Assembly: GCA_965287045.1 (NCBI GenBank)
Contig: OZ336880.1
Coordinates: 73,842,001 to 73,906,000 of the forward strand
DNA from: Carcharhinus amblyrhynchos
Taxonomy: Eukaryota
Length of the DNA stretch: 64,000 nt
Reading direction: 5' to 3'
Shown: one piece after another, positions 25,701 through 39,439 of the stretch
How the letters are laid out: the number at the start of each line of letters is the position of its first letter
Position numbering within the stretch: position 1 is the stretch's first letter
Position numbers and translations under genes: made by a program
Notes under the pieces: generated by a model
The model's database searches: none
What the model saw: the letters and a program-made list of their open reading frames with translations, nothing else
Told to the model about the DNA's origin: nothing

Positions 25701-28700
25701 TCATCCAGACTATTATTCATGACACCTCTGAGGACCATGGATCATGAGCCCTTGAAAAGCTGCCCCAGCTCCACAAAAGTTGCGGAGGGCTAGATGTCTA
25801 ATTCTGCAATGGAGCAAGCCAGATGGGGGAGGAAGATAGGGTGCAGGCTCACAACCTTTATCCTGTTCTGGTGGAAATGGGGCGGGGAGAGCAGGCAGGC
25901 ACCTGAAATCTTAGAATTGAGTCCTGGACACCATTTTGAAAGGTCCGCAGAGTTGAGAAGGCTAAGAAAAGTTATGTCTCATTTGGACCCAGCAATAAAG
26001 TGGTTGAACCCAGAAAAGAAAACTCAAACCCAGCGAATGTTAGCTGCCAATACTCCATCTTTTATGCATCTTTGAATACTACTTAAAACTCTGTTTCCAC
26101 TCCTATCAGGCATAGCTTGCATTTGTAACACATTACCTTTTAATATCAGCTAGTATATCAAATTGCATTGTAATGATGTTTCAAATATGACTCTGCTTAG
26201 GGACAGTGCAGTCAAATCTCATTAACTGAAATAGTGTTCTAATAACATAAAAATACTTGTTGGACAAGAGGTTGTGTTTCACTCAACGTACTCCCACTGA
26301 ACAACTTCAGGAGAACACTTACCCCTGATAACAAGTATAAAATATTAAGGTCTATCAAAAGTCACATTTATGAGACTTGACTGTAAATGTAGCATCTTGG
26401 TTACTTAATTATAAGCATTTTTTTTTAATGAAATCAGATGACTGCTTATCTATTACTTTTTTTTTAGAAAAAACATATTTGTAGTGATACCTTCTGATTG
26501 CGGACTTTGATCTTCTGCACTTGCTAAGCTCTAATTGCTTGTTAACTCTTTTAGTAAGCTAGTTTTGTGTTTTGGAGTAGAATTTCCAGACATTCTGATA
26601 AACTGAGTTTGTGACACTGAGCTAATACAGGTTCTCAATAAGCATAATGTAATTGGGAAGAATCTAGTCTTAAATTCTAAAGCCTTGTCATATGGATAAG
26701 AGTACTGAGCAATGGGTGGTCAGATACAATGATAAAGATTGACAGAATTGGTCTGAGGCACAGTTGGAAGAGGGACTGAACATACAGGTTTCACAGCTAG
26801 AGCAACAAATCCACTTTCACAGGTGTGCAACATTTATGGTTTTAATACTGCAAGATCCATCTCAGTGGTTGGCGTCACACTAGAGCAAATCAGACAGCAG
26901 ACTTTCAATATTATGGCGCTACACCTCAATGCAAAAGGTTATGCCATATCATTATTATGTGCTCATTCACTGAAACTGTTGCAACTGAAACTGATAAATA
27001 TTTACCAGTCTGCCTAGAGTCAATACTGTTGTGTATTTTAGAGAGATTGCAAGACCCCAAAATCATCTGGAATCACCACTACCATTTAAGAGACCATTAT
27101 CTTCTTCCCCTTGAAGAGTTCAAATTTAAGTCGCTAGTGGCATAGAGTACTGTTGGAGGACTTGAGTGTTGAGCGCTTTCTGGGATGTTGATTGGAAATT
27201 GTCCTTACATCCTTTAAGAGATGTAGCAACGAAAGGGTCGGGTGACAAAATCAACAACCAGGATGCAACTCATCCTACATAAAGCTCTTGAAGGTACTTT
27301 CTCCTTATTAATTATTTTGTTGGTTCTGGTTAAAGTTTAATTAGACAATTCCTCTTGCACCAACAAGGATGTTTTCATAATTTGCTTTTACAACACATAC
27401 GCATTAAAATATACATATATTACGCACATATATATAAAATTCTGAATGCAAGATTACAATTTACAACAGAGTTATCTGGAAAGAAAAAGGAACATTGTGC
27501 AGAGGATACGTAACAGACAGAAGTGGTTTCTGGGGAAATAAACAAGAAAGTGACTTCAGGGATAATAAATCAAGCATAGTTTAGTACCATAAATTACTAC
27601 TCCGGAGTCACATGTTACACTTATAAAATATGCACAATACCAATGTAGTGTGTTTAAAACCTATTCATGTTTTATTTCCAAGTGTCTAATTAGAGTTTAG
27701 TATTTTACTTTGCCACATAGCTGGGTGATTAATATTCAACATTGCTTTTTGATGTGACCAGTGGTTAAGGCTAAGACCTAATGCTCAATCTAAATATGCG
27801 CAGTTGAATAAAGAGGTGACAAGTGGACCAAAAAAAAAGCAAGAAACAAACCAAAAAAGAGAGACTGAATCAATTCCCCACAGGTAAAATGGATTACAGG
27901 ACAATATTCATGATCATTTCACAATTTCAATGTTTTTGTGTCTGAGTGCATATGTGGAAGCTGCAGATGGCAACCATGCCAGCAACTGTATGTGTTTATA
28001 GTAACACGAATGAGGGGACTGTTAAGAACAACCTCTCAATTGCTGTATTAAAACAAATCTTTATTATATCTTAAACCCGACCACTGCAGTTAATACGGGC
28101 CAGACAAATGTGTTTGACTCTATCGAGAAGCACTGCTGAGTGTCGTGCAAATAGAATTCCTTCACCTGGGCAGATGCCACAGCCTTGGTGTATGTCTCTA
28201 TATATGGAGATATCCTTCTACTGAAGGGGTTAACATTGATCGTGTGTCAAAAAGGCAATAACATGACCTTTATTTTCAAGAGTGCTAAATCTATGAATCT
28301 TAATATGAAGATCTATCCCCTTGAATTCCTGTAATTTATTTGCAAATAGTTATTGAGATTCTGATCCTATATTTAATTAGCTGATAATTTTTCTTCACTG
28401 AATTATTTTACTGGAGGCAATAGCAGTCAGTCACATTGTCCAGTACTAATGGTTCTGATACGTGGAATGTTATTTTTTTTAAACTGAACTGCAGATAACA
28501 GACTTACTAGGCCTAACTTGAGTTGGAACAGAGAAATGCTAATTATTGATAGCACCTTTCTTGAAACCTTTGAAATTGGGGAAATATGGTCTTATAATTA
28601 TTTTTTCCTTCTTAAATAAAAGAAAATGTTAATTATTAATGACACAAAAGGAGGGTAAATAAAAGCCACATGATTAAAACATTGCTGTATTAAGGATGTT

Positions 28701-29088
28701 TTAATTAAGTGAAAATGCTAATGTTGTTATTCTAAGCAGATCAGATTAAAATGATCCTCACAGTGAGTTATTGTAACCCATATTTTATGTTACATTACCA
28801 ATGACATGTAAAAAGTGATCTCCAGAAGAGATACTCCACAAGCCACACATGCCAAAAAAACACGATATATAAAATGACGGACTAAAATATCTTTTTCAGA
28901 TATTTTCATGCTTCATGACTTCTTTTTTCTACATTTACAAAAGGACATAGCGTGACAGTCGTTTTAATTTCAAAGAAACAGGGAAGCAGGCAAATTGATT
29001 TCTAAGGAAATCATTTCTGTCTCAAATGTTTTGGGAGATCTGCATTTCAGTTGACAGTAATTAGCATTAACTAATAAAGAACACTCAC

Positions 29089-29233
29089 ATTGCCACTCCA
29101 AAGAATTCGTGTTTTGCTGTTGAGATGACAATGTCTGCCATGCACAGAACTTTGAGGTAGTCGTCTTTGCTGCTTTGGTAGCCCCAGTGCATAATAGAGG
29201 AACCCAATTCCCTTCTGGCCTCAGCAAAGATGT
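29089..29233 (-). CDS. GTDC1: GTDC1/QTMAN coding exon (D)[47 protein letters not shown](M)
   Basis: Acceptor ctcattaaAG and donor GTgagt; 145 nt, phase 1 to 2. Carries the GT-B glycosyltransferase motif HEFFGVAM. Confidence 0.96.
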
Positions 29234-29436
29234 CTTTAATGAGAAAAAAAAATATGCAACAATTCAATATGGTGCAAAATTAACTCGTATGTCAGCTTTG
29301 CCTCGTCTGAAGTTCAGGTTAATTAGCTTCTGCTTATTTTATAGAACTTCTCAGAGTTGTTTGCTTGTATAATCAAGGCAAGGAAGCAGAACCAAATGCT
29401 GAGGTGCAAAAGCTGACAGAAGCAAGGCCCGCCTCG

Positions 29437-29600
29437 NNNNNNNNNNNNNNNNNNNNNNNNNNNNNNNNNNNNNNNNNNNNNNNNNNNNNNNNNNNNNNNN
29501 NNNNNNNNNNNNNNNNNNNNNNNNNNNNNNNNNNNNNNNNNNNNNNNNNNNNNNNNNNNNNNNNNNNNNNNNNNNNNNNNNNNNNNNNNNNNNNNNNNNN
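29437..29600. other. Assembly gap (164 N)
   Basis: Run of n characters. Confidence 1.
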
Positions 29601-29869
29601 AATGGCATCACTGTGACAGCTAAGTTTCCTAATGACGGACTGCATTCGGAAAAATTAAATGGCATTCCATGCTTAAATTTCTTTGGAAAGTAATGATCCA
29701 TGAATGATGCTCACTCCAGGCATTTAGAAGTGGAAAAAAAATGCTCAACAACAACAAAGAAGGTTCTGAGGCCGACAGAGGCTTTTATAACAACGAAGGT
29801 GCTAGTTTTTTGTGTCAGAGAAAGGTGGGAATATGGAAGGAATGCTTTCATTCCTAACAGAAGCAATAC

Positions 29870-29979
29870 CTGGTACATCCATAAAGGTTTCACCAAGGAC
29901 AGACACTTTAAAAGTTAGTCCGCTTTCCTTCAGTTTCAGTAATATCTTGAAGAAGACCTCAGGGTTCTTGTCATGCTCC
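29870..29979 (-). CDS. GTDC1: GTDC1/QTMAN coding exon (W)EHDKNPEVFFKILLKLKESGLTFKVSVLGETFMDVP
   Basis: Acceptor tttgtttcaAG and donor GTattg; 110 nt, phase 2 to 1. Matches recalled human WEHDKDPESFF...VSVLGETFTDVP. Confidence 0.95.
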
Positions 29980-30358
29980 CTTGAAACAAAATAAAGTTCA
30001 GGCTCATGAGTGGGCTTTACAAGTTAAATCGGTGGTGCATGCTTAGTAAGTCATGACAAACAATAATTTGAGCCGCAGTGTTAAAACCACCCCAATCATT
30101 CAGGTTCAAGTCCCTTTTTAGAGCACTAGGCAGAAAACAAAGATTTCTATTTTTAACATTTTAAAAGGACAGTCACTAGACAGCTCAGTTAACAAGAATT
30201 ATATTTAATGTTTTATATTTGTCTTGATTTTATATATACACACATACAGATATAAATTATGTAATACATTACACATACATATAGACACCATACACTATAT
30301 ACACACATAATACATACATTTACAAACTTGTTTTAACATTAGATGCTCACACCACATT

Positions 30359-30532
30359 GGGATGACTAGCTGAAAGGAGTTATGAATTTGACACTGTGAG
30401 GGAGAGAACTTAGTGCACACAGTTGAAATGACAAGATCATTGAAAGACCCTGCAGTAATGACTGCATTTTTGCTGATGTTAATTTAGCTCCCTCACACTG
30501 CGGAGCTCAGTAACTCCTCCAGCTTGGTTCCC
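30359..30532. repeat. Imperfect ~170-bp palindrome (ancient MITE-like or conserved hairpin element)
   Basis: agctgaaaggagtta pairs with taactcctccagct, and tgtgagggag (30395-30404) is the exact reverse complement of ctccctcaca (30488-30497). Confidence 0.65.
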
Positions 30533-32472
30533 CTGATGAAGTCATCAGGACTATCTGTTTAAGAAAATTATTCGCTCCCCTCTGTCCATTCCCCCACTCC
30601 AATCCCCATGAATAAATCAGAGAAAAAAAAACTGATTTTGAATATCAATCATAGTTCTGGGTAACTGCTTCAAATATTACAAGTTAAGGAATCAAGCGGG
30701 TGAAATTTGCCAATGCCGAATGCAACAATAGGAACTCAGCAGCCAACTTTCCATCAAACCCAATATTCTTCTTCTATGTTCAACAATTTAACTCCACCTC
30801 AAGTCATCTCTTCAAATAATTCATAAGAGTATTGTGAGGCATATTTCTCTACGGTGCAGTATGAGTTAAATCAAATGTAGAAATAAAGTTAACATGGAAG
30901 GTAATTCCGAAATGTTATATCAAAACATGCATACAAAATATCCTTTTGATAGTGCAGGCCTAGTTAACAAGGATGTTTTTAGTGACCAAAATGATTCATG
31001 ATGCCAGTTATGAATATTTCAACATCAGCACGTTCTGCCTCTGGCAGCCACCGCTCATTTTGGATAAACATTGGTTCAGAAAGTTTCAAACTTTCAATTT
31101 CTGCAGAATAGGAAGCATAAAGGGGAGGGAAATCCTTCCAGCTTATGAGTTTGTGACATACATAAAACACAATAGGCCAAACAATAATTTAGCAACATTA
31201 CACTGATCTTTGTTCTTGCCAATTTTCTTTTTAAGAAAGACTCCAATAAAACAGTGCCCGTTTTTAATTACAAATACTGGGTTTCAATAGAATTTTTACC
31301 CTTGGTGAAATTTTTATTCAAGTGCTAATTAGTGCAAGATGGATTCGCAGTTTTATTGCGCAGCTCCCTATCACAACATTAATCAATCCTGCAATCAGAA
31401 CATATTAACTCTTTTTATTTTAGCACTTGTCCAAGACATATGAAGTTCTGATTAACTCTCAGAGTGCCATATGCCTGCCATCTGCATCCACAGTTGATTA
31501 TAAAAATCATTTCAAACATCCTAAATCTATAACATATCGCAACAGTGAATGCTGCTTGCCAGAAAAACATATCTGAGAATAGGGTTTTCAAAATGCAGGT
31601 TAAATTCACATTTTTCTTTAAGATATATGGCACTTTATATAAATATATATATCATGCATTTTTTAAAAATATATACATACATTATTATATATATTGTCCA
31701 CATATGTGTGTTTAAACATGCTTGCGACAAAACGCAATCATATAGTTTGGAAGGTTAAAGTCCAAACTCAATGTCTAATCTGCTTTATAAATACAAAACT
31801 AATTCTTTTGTGCAGAGCAGGGACATCACCATTTACAAGCACAGTAGATTTTGACTACAATAGTTTTATGCTGAAGGTCAAATGTCTATGTTACGTTTTA
31901 ATAATAATCTAAAGCAGCACCTCCAACTACACCATTTCTGAGGGTTCATATTAGGCTCCTAAGGTGTGGTATTAACAGAGCTTATTTATTTTAATTTGAG
32001 AGGCTCTTATTTGTCCATTCCCTTGTGGTAAAGCTGATTTCCATGATGATTCCCTTCTTAATTTTAATACCCTTTTTACTCATCATATAGACATTAGAAT
32101 TTTGCAGAAAATAATGGAACTCCCGCGCAGGAAGAAAAGACAACTGAAGGGATGATGGTAAACTAGCTTTTGCAATTAATTGGTGTACGGTAGTGCACAT
32201 GTATGATAACAGAATTTTTCACCAAGGAAAGCGAGGTTAATTAATGTATGAGCTGCATTCACCAAGATGCTGAATTTAGTATTTTTCCCCCATGCTGTCT
32301 TAAGTGCCTTGATTTCCCAGTAATGACCTAGTTCTCCTAATGAGTAACATTAACCCCTGGCTGTATCTGTCCAGGACTTAATTGTCAACTGAAGCTGAAA
32401 TAGAAGAGTTTGCCGATCAGCAGGTATGTGGTACATTAACACATGTCATCTCAGGTCCTAATAAATAAATCT

Positions 32473-32486
32473 GTTGCCATGGAAAT
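32473..32486. promoter_or_regulatory. RFX X-box-like motif in unique intronic sequence
   Basis: gttgccatggaaat versus consensus GTTGCCATGGCAAC. Confidence 0.3.
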
Positions 32487-34496
32487 GATAACATCAGCAG
32501 CATTGCTTTTCCTCACTTTTTGAATAAATGTCTCTCAAGCAAGCCATGAGTCGAAAGTGTGTATGCCTGTGTGTGTGTTAGCATGGGGTGTGGTGGGAGA
32601 AAGGAAGGCAGGTGAAGAATTAAAGAGAAAATAAGAAAATATGGAAGCAAATGCAAAAAATATCAATGATATTTACTTGGGTCAATTTTTCGAATATTAC
32701 AAACATATTTTCTTTTTGATTTATCCTCCTTTCCTTTTTAATTATATTTCCCCCTGCTCTTCAATAACAACTTACTGATTAAATCTACCAATTCTTTCCT
32801 CCCTCCCTTTTTTTTGGTCTCTCATATTCCTTAATTAACAAACCTGACATTAAAGTAACCAGCCAGCAAGTGCACAGAACCGGGTGGCATTTGAAGTGTT
32901 TTATCATGAAATTATCCCAACAGAGTCCATCCCGCAAGATAACATCATCATCAATACTCCATGCAAGACCCAACAGCTCAAGCACAATATTGCCTGCCAT
33001 TTATCTGTTGTCAGCATAGGTTACAAACTGTAATCCTTGACTGCCTTGGAATTAGAATGTCTTTGATGTCCCCACAAGAGTTTTTGCCTGAAGGCTTTAC
33101 CAATGCTCTGCAGCTCAATGTTTATTCCTCGTAATCTTCCTCTCATCTCCAGGCTACTGGTGACAGATGGTTATGTGCACACAATAGTATTAGAGTTTGA
33201 TATTTTTTTGCTCTCTATACAACAAATATCTATCAGATGTGGGCCAAGAAAGCTGACATAGCTCACTTAGGTAATGGCAACAAACAGCTTGGGTTGATGT
33301 TTTTGTCATTTTTTTTCTTGCTCCCTGCTTGTTTCCTTTCTAAAAATTCTCAAAGGTAAAGTAATATTAACTTTGCTGGCTTTTATCACAAACAGAGAAA
33401 ATGACACCTTTTTATTATCACAATACTGAATGTTGATGGACATTTTTTTTTCATATGTTAATCACTTGCCACATAAAAATATCTCTACCTCTGATCAGAT
33501 CATTAGATAAGACCACAAAAATAAATAACTCACACCAAATTAAGTTCCTGCAGCACTACTAAAATTTACTGCACCCCCATGATTTCAAAGGGTGCCTTAA
33601 ACATAATCTATTCTCTCAGTAATGTCTCCATCTCCACTACTATTTAATAACATATTAATTTTATTTCTGGAATTGCTATTTGCCTGTGCTCTCAGGCTCT
33701 GGTGCTTAAAAAAATTGCGGCATAAATATAACATGTGGGCTAATACATTTACCATGGATCAAGACTGGAAGTACAGTTGGTACAGTTTACTATCAGTAAA
33801 AATGGAAAATAAAAATACCAACTTTTAAAAATAATCAAATTACATTAGAGTATGATTTGTCAACTAATTCTAGGACAATTCTTCCCCTGCTGAGGCTTTA
33901 TGCAATATCACCAGAAATGTCACATTTTGTTTCTTAAAGCCCTAGAATCAAAGATGAAAATCCTTTTAGGTACCAGCTGCTGCAGATCAGCTATGAAAGC
34001 TTCTCCAGTTTTAATGTACTGGAAGTCAAATCTGTGTAAAGACGATTTACTTTACCGGTGTGCGTACTGTTGCTTCACCTGTAACAGTTGCTCAGTAAAC
34101 ATCTGACCTACTGATCCCCCCCCAAAAGCGTTTCTTCCAAACCACTCATAATCTAGGATGAAGTGGACTCTAATCAGGCCACATGCAGATTAAACAGGCT
34201 AAAAGATAACTAGAACGAAACGCTCATGTTCACCACTGGAAGATTATCAGGCTGGGTTTCTCCTCGCAAGCACCCTTCCCCCACCCCTGCCCCTTTTAAT
34301 CCAAATTTATTTCCCTCCAACTGCACTGAAAGCTGAATTTTGAGTGTATACATGTGGTGATTATCTGAGCAGTAGATTCTGCTCGATTTAGAAGTGCTTA
34401 TAAGATCCAGCTTTGTCAGTGATAACATCTGGAATGTGCCTCCGAAAGACAGAGATGAACTAAATTTATAGATTACCTCAGATGTACACTACTTAC

Positions 34497-34877
34497 CACC
34501 TGTGGGGCCAAACAATATGCAAAGGCATATGCTCGGAGGCAGCACTGCAATTTTCCTCCAAGTTCCCACCCAACATGCTGCAGGGGTTAAAGGCCATATG
34601 TTCCTTATCTTCTCCATGATAAGAGCTTGTACCATCAGTTCTCTTGATGCAGTTCAGTTCTTTGAGTGTTTCTGATGGGTTTGATAGTCCTTCCTGATTT
34701 CTGGCATCCTGTTTTTCAGCAGGACCAGGTTCCAGGCATGAAAAACTGTTTCTCATCAATCCATCATCTATTTTATAGTTTTGCAAAGCGATCCGATTCT
34801 CTAACACTTCACCATCTTCAACTTCTTGACTATCAGTCATCAGCAAATTGTGGCCAAGTTTATGTACTGGCAGAAAT
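34497..34877 (-). CDS. GTDC1: GTDC1/QTMAN large coding exon (R)FLPVHKLGHNLLMTDSQE...SSYHGEDKEHMAFNPCSMLGG...PLHIVWPHR(W)
   Basis: Acceptor ctcttgtttcAG after a long pyrimidine tract and donor GTaagt; 381 nt, open, phase 2 to 2. Ends in the conserved LHIVWPHRW. Confidence 0.95.
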
Positions 34878-37800
34878 CTGAAACAAGAGGTGAGATTGTG
34901 ACAATTGTGACAGGAAGAAGGGGTGGGGAGAGAGGGGTGTGAAGAATTATTTTAAAAAATGATACTACAAGCATAAGAATAAAGACATGCAAGTGGAAAT
35001 TATTTCTAGTGCATAAAACAAAGTGGTCACTTAAACACTGATAAATAGTGAATTTCATTTAAAATAATTTATCTGAAACACTTTTTAGTGTTCCATGCAG
35101 ATCTACAATAAGCACACTGTTCTCAGTTGGCCATAATCTGGAGAAAAATAAGAAAATAATCATGTACGTACATGCAAATGATATTTTGATAGCATCAAAA
35201 GCTATTCGCTAAAACTATTACTGTCATATCAGAACCGCACTTAAGTATTCTGCCATGATGAGTCCATAATAACAAAGACAAGTAGAACATTCGCTGAGCC
35301 TTTTTTTCCCTAGATTGATACCCTGAACGTACATAAATATTCAGCCTTGCACACCAGCATTATACCATTGTCAAGTTACACCAAGTAAGACTGTCCAAGT
35401 ATACCTCCTGAGAACAGAGAAATTCTCAATTTATGTTAGTCTGGGGCAGGATGCTGAATTGCCTTACCATTGTCAAAATAGTTAACAGTTGTTGTTAAGA
35501 AGCATTGTTAGGAAGAACAACACCATCATGTTAATCTTTTCATTTCAGCATCTTTGTCTATGGAGATGTAGGAGGTACGTATTTAAAATGCTCTGTTAAA
35601 GATTACAGTCCGGCTCGCATCCAGCAGATGACATTTTGTAGGATAAGGGGAACTGCATAAAGGAATTTAATGAACTTGTATTTCTGCTGAACTGATTATG
35701 TGGAAAAGTCTGCTTATGTTTTTTGACAGTATTAAAAAGTGGATTGCTATTTCTTGAGATCCAGAACTGGTTAGTTTGTCATATTGTTCTTTTTATTGAT
35801 GTTAAAACAAACACACTTTCTGAGGAAATGTTTGGTTAAACTCTTAACCGCATATTCACTTTTAGGATTAGTCCCAACATTTTTATATTCTGGAAAAGGT
35901 TCTAATGAAAATGTCTGTACTGTGTCATAGCTGCTACCAGACCTATTAAAAATGTGGTACTTCTTTATCTGCACTGCGTACTTTAAGGGGCCATTCAAAA
36001 TCTTCCAGATTTTAGTAAGTGCATGAGATGAGTATGAGTGCATATGTATGTGAAGGGGAAGGGAAAGGAAAATTAAAAGGTTGCATGTTTGGCATTTGAA
36101 ACAAATACTAGTAAAATCTTAAAATGGTTGTTTTAAAATTCAGTGCTTTTGTCAACAACAAAAACTTTTGGAAAATGTTGCAAATCATTATCTAAGTGCA
36201 TAGGTAATTTTAGCAGCCACTGTACTTTTTTCCCCCACAGTAATTAGTTTTTCTCAAACATTATTTGAATACTTCTATTTCTTTAGCTGTAAGGAAGAAT
36301 AAATTAATGTCTCTAGTTGTAGTTAAAACATCCTTGGATTACAAAAGGACCCAGCTGAGTTTATTCAGGCCCTTCACACTTTCCTTGTTTATAGTACCAA
36401 ATGGTAGATAAACCAATGGGACAGAAGGTGGAGATAGATGTCAACTCCAATTTGTCACGATAAATGGTGTAAACATAAACCAGTCTGAACAAATGAAATA
36501 CTTTTTTAGTGGTGTTTGTTGATTTGAAATCTTTTAAATGTGGCAATCCTAGAAGTACCGATGATGTCAAACTTTACAGGCATATTTTAATTAATTTAAT
36601 TTAATTAATTTAACTCTCCAAGTACTTATTTATTGCTGTTGACATGGTTTTGAAAAGCAAAGTAGTGGAGAAAACTGCATTGGTTAATACACATTTTTGC
36701 ATATAAGTGTATACTACTTGAATTAGACAAAGCGGACAAACACAAAATACCATGAAGGCAATTTGAGGTTGGGACTAAAAACTGTCAGAAGTGACAGCCA
36801 TAGTGCTTAAGTCACTGCTGCTAATTCTTCGTGTCCTCTATTAATGAACCTTATTTTTATCTGAGTTAAAAGGACCAATCTTGACTGCAAAGTCCTTTCT
36901 CCTCAATATAAACAGGCCAGTCCCACCAATGGAAGAGGGAACTAATGCTTGAAGTGAATGGCTTCAAAGAAATAAAGTGACTCAGGAACTCTTCTCTGCC
37001 AATACCATTTCAATTGTAAACACAAACTATTAAAAAGAATATTTAAAACATATATAAAAATACATAAGCGATCGAAAAGATGTTAAGCAAATGCTCACAG
37101 TTAGCTATCCTAGAAAATGAATGATAGCTGCAGTTCTCCATAGGCTTCTCTTTCCTTGCTCCTTCAGGAGGCTGACATTCAGAATGTAGAAAAATCACTC
37201 TTCACTTCCCCCAACCTAACTTTCTTGATTGTTAAAGGTGCAGACAAATTAAAAGACCAATATTCAAGACTTGCCTTGTTTATATAAAAAAATTTGCAAC
37301 ATGCAAAACATGTTTTGGTTAACGCTAATGATGTATAATTAACAGGTAACAAAATATATATTTTGTGTGCTTTTAAATGTAACTTCATTGTTCCATGGAA
37401 ATTCTCAATACACCTCTCCATAATCCCCTTGCATTCAGAAAGAATTTGTCGTCAAGTTGTCATATGGAAAACGTCTTGCTAAACAATTTTGAAGAACATT
37501 GTATGAATGACTGATATAATGCCATTCAACAGTACAACATATTTTTGCTACTCAACAGGAGAAGTACAATTTTGATCCATGAGGAATGTTAAGAACATTG
37601 TCAAAATTTCCACATTGTGTCGACGAAATGATGGGTAGCAAACAGGACAGAATCAAATGGTCAAAACAGTGACAGTGACGTAATTCTGCTGTGATTTTCT
37701 AACAGTTCAAATATTTGAAGTTGGATTGCTGTGTCTACGGTAGAATTTAAGGTTTGTACTCAATATTTTAAAATGCTCTTTGCCCTTGAATAAATTCCAA

Positions 37801-37978
37801 GTTATTCCCTCCTAATTTTTTTAAAAAGTGCATAGCAATTAGAAGGAAACCAATATATTTAAAATAGTCAAATAGATTTGATATACAATTGGTTTATCCA
37901 AGAACCAATGATATTAATTGAAAAATATTTGACCTCAACATCAGAGCCTTGCTGCCCTCCCTTGAGGACCATTTAAAA

Positions 37979-38337
37979 CAGGAGTTTCCAAACTATGGGT
38001 CATGACCCCCAGGGGGTCACACTAGCGTCACAAGCTCTAAGGCAGCAAATGTGGCCGTGGAATGGAGACTCAGATCTAACAGCCCAGGGGTTGGCTGCGA
38101 GGCCCTCTTAAATGTACACCTTTTTTTTTGCTGGTGGGCGTAGTCAAATCTAATATGCTCTGAGGCCTAACTACTGACAACAGCAGAGCCTGCAAAATGT
38201 TAGGTGTCCTAGTTATATCCCTGCTGTTTGAACCCCCAACCCACTCAAAAATTCTCTCTTCACTCCCCTGACCCCTGCCCAGCAAGTGTGAAGCATTAAA
38301 ATGAAGTCGCAACTGAAAAGAAGTTTGGGAAGCACCG
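37979..38337. mobile_element. hAT (Charlie-like) MITE
   Basis: Terminal inverted repeats caggagtttccaaact and agtttgggaagcaccg. The 8-bp target duplication is atttaaaa / atttaaag (7 of 8 match). Confidence 0.7.
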
Positions 38338-39439
38338 ATTTAAAGGTTACAGAAATACTTTTTGCAGGAAATACATTACTGTTAAATACCCTGTTCTTTT
38401 GGAAGTGTATGTCTTCAGTCAGTTACATGCTGTATCAATAGCAATTGTTACTCTAATTGCTTTATTGCAGATTTCTGTTTGTCTGAATCACAACAGGCTA
38501 TGGTAATATTACAATCTTGCAATTTTGTTAATTTAAGCAATGCGGCCTGTCAGTTCTAAACCATGGCCACAAGCTATTAATTACCAAATAGTCAGCACAA
38601 GATGCTTTGCAGCTTTTGTAAAGTAAGATGAAAATCAAAGTTTAACTCAGAATAATGCCAAATAATGCTAGTACATTTATCCATGGAGCACCGCAATTCC
38701 GTTATTGTTCAATTCTCTGTTGACTTTCTGCTCCCTGATTCTTTGTGACAAGTGACAAGTCTTCTTTACCCACTATGTATCAATGTTAACATTTCTCAAT
38801 TTGATCCTAAATTTTGGCTGGATCAAATTTATTGAATTTATAAAATAGTTCTTACCATGAGGCAAACTTCAAAAATTATCATAGCAGTGGAAAGTGTTTT
38901 TGTTTGTTTATATTTATAGCAAAATAAGTCAATATAATGCTATGCAAAGTGTACTTCAAGCACAACAAATTTAAGAAAGCAATTATGTTTGACACACTAA
39001 AGTAACTTTATAGGTATGCAAATTTATTGCAAAGGTTAAATAAAATATTTTTAGAAAAGGAACTGAATTCCATATTTAAGAACACAACAGTTACCACAGC
39101 TGCATCTTGGCATTTGTATCAATTCAGAAAAATTCAAAGAATGTCAATGGCAAAGTCTCACTCATTTCTTCTCCTGCCTGGAGATTTGTCCTCTACAGAA
39201 TGAGATTGTCTGAAACTCTATTACTTGTGCACAAAATGTTCTAAATGTACAGTTAACTAGCATCAGTTAAAGCAGGATGGTTGGGGCTTGCATCAGACCA
39301 CAGAAAGTCCTACCTGGTAGGAACTACTCTTGAGTCTTTGCTCCCAGCAATCATCAGGGTCAAATCTAGGCGACATCTGTTTTTGTTACAGTTGCCTCCA
39401 GCTGTACCCAGTTATGCCAGCTAATATACAAAATATAAA

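Noticed and set aside
26700-27300. Possible second Harbinger transposase relic
   Set aside because: Only a vague resemblance; no catalytic motif could be recovered by eye.
29351-29701. ORFs spanning 29437-29600
   Set aside because: Artefacts of the N gap.
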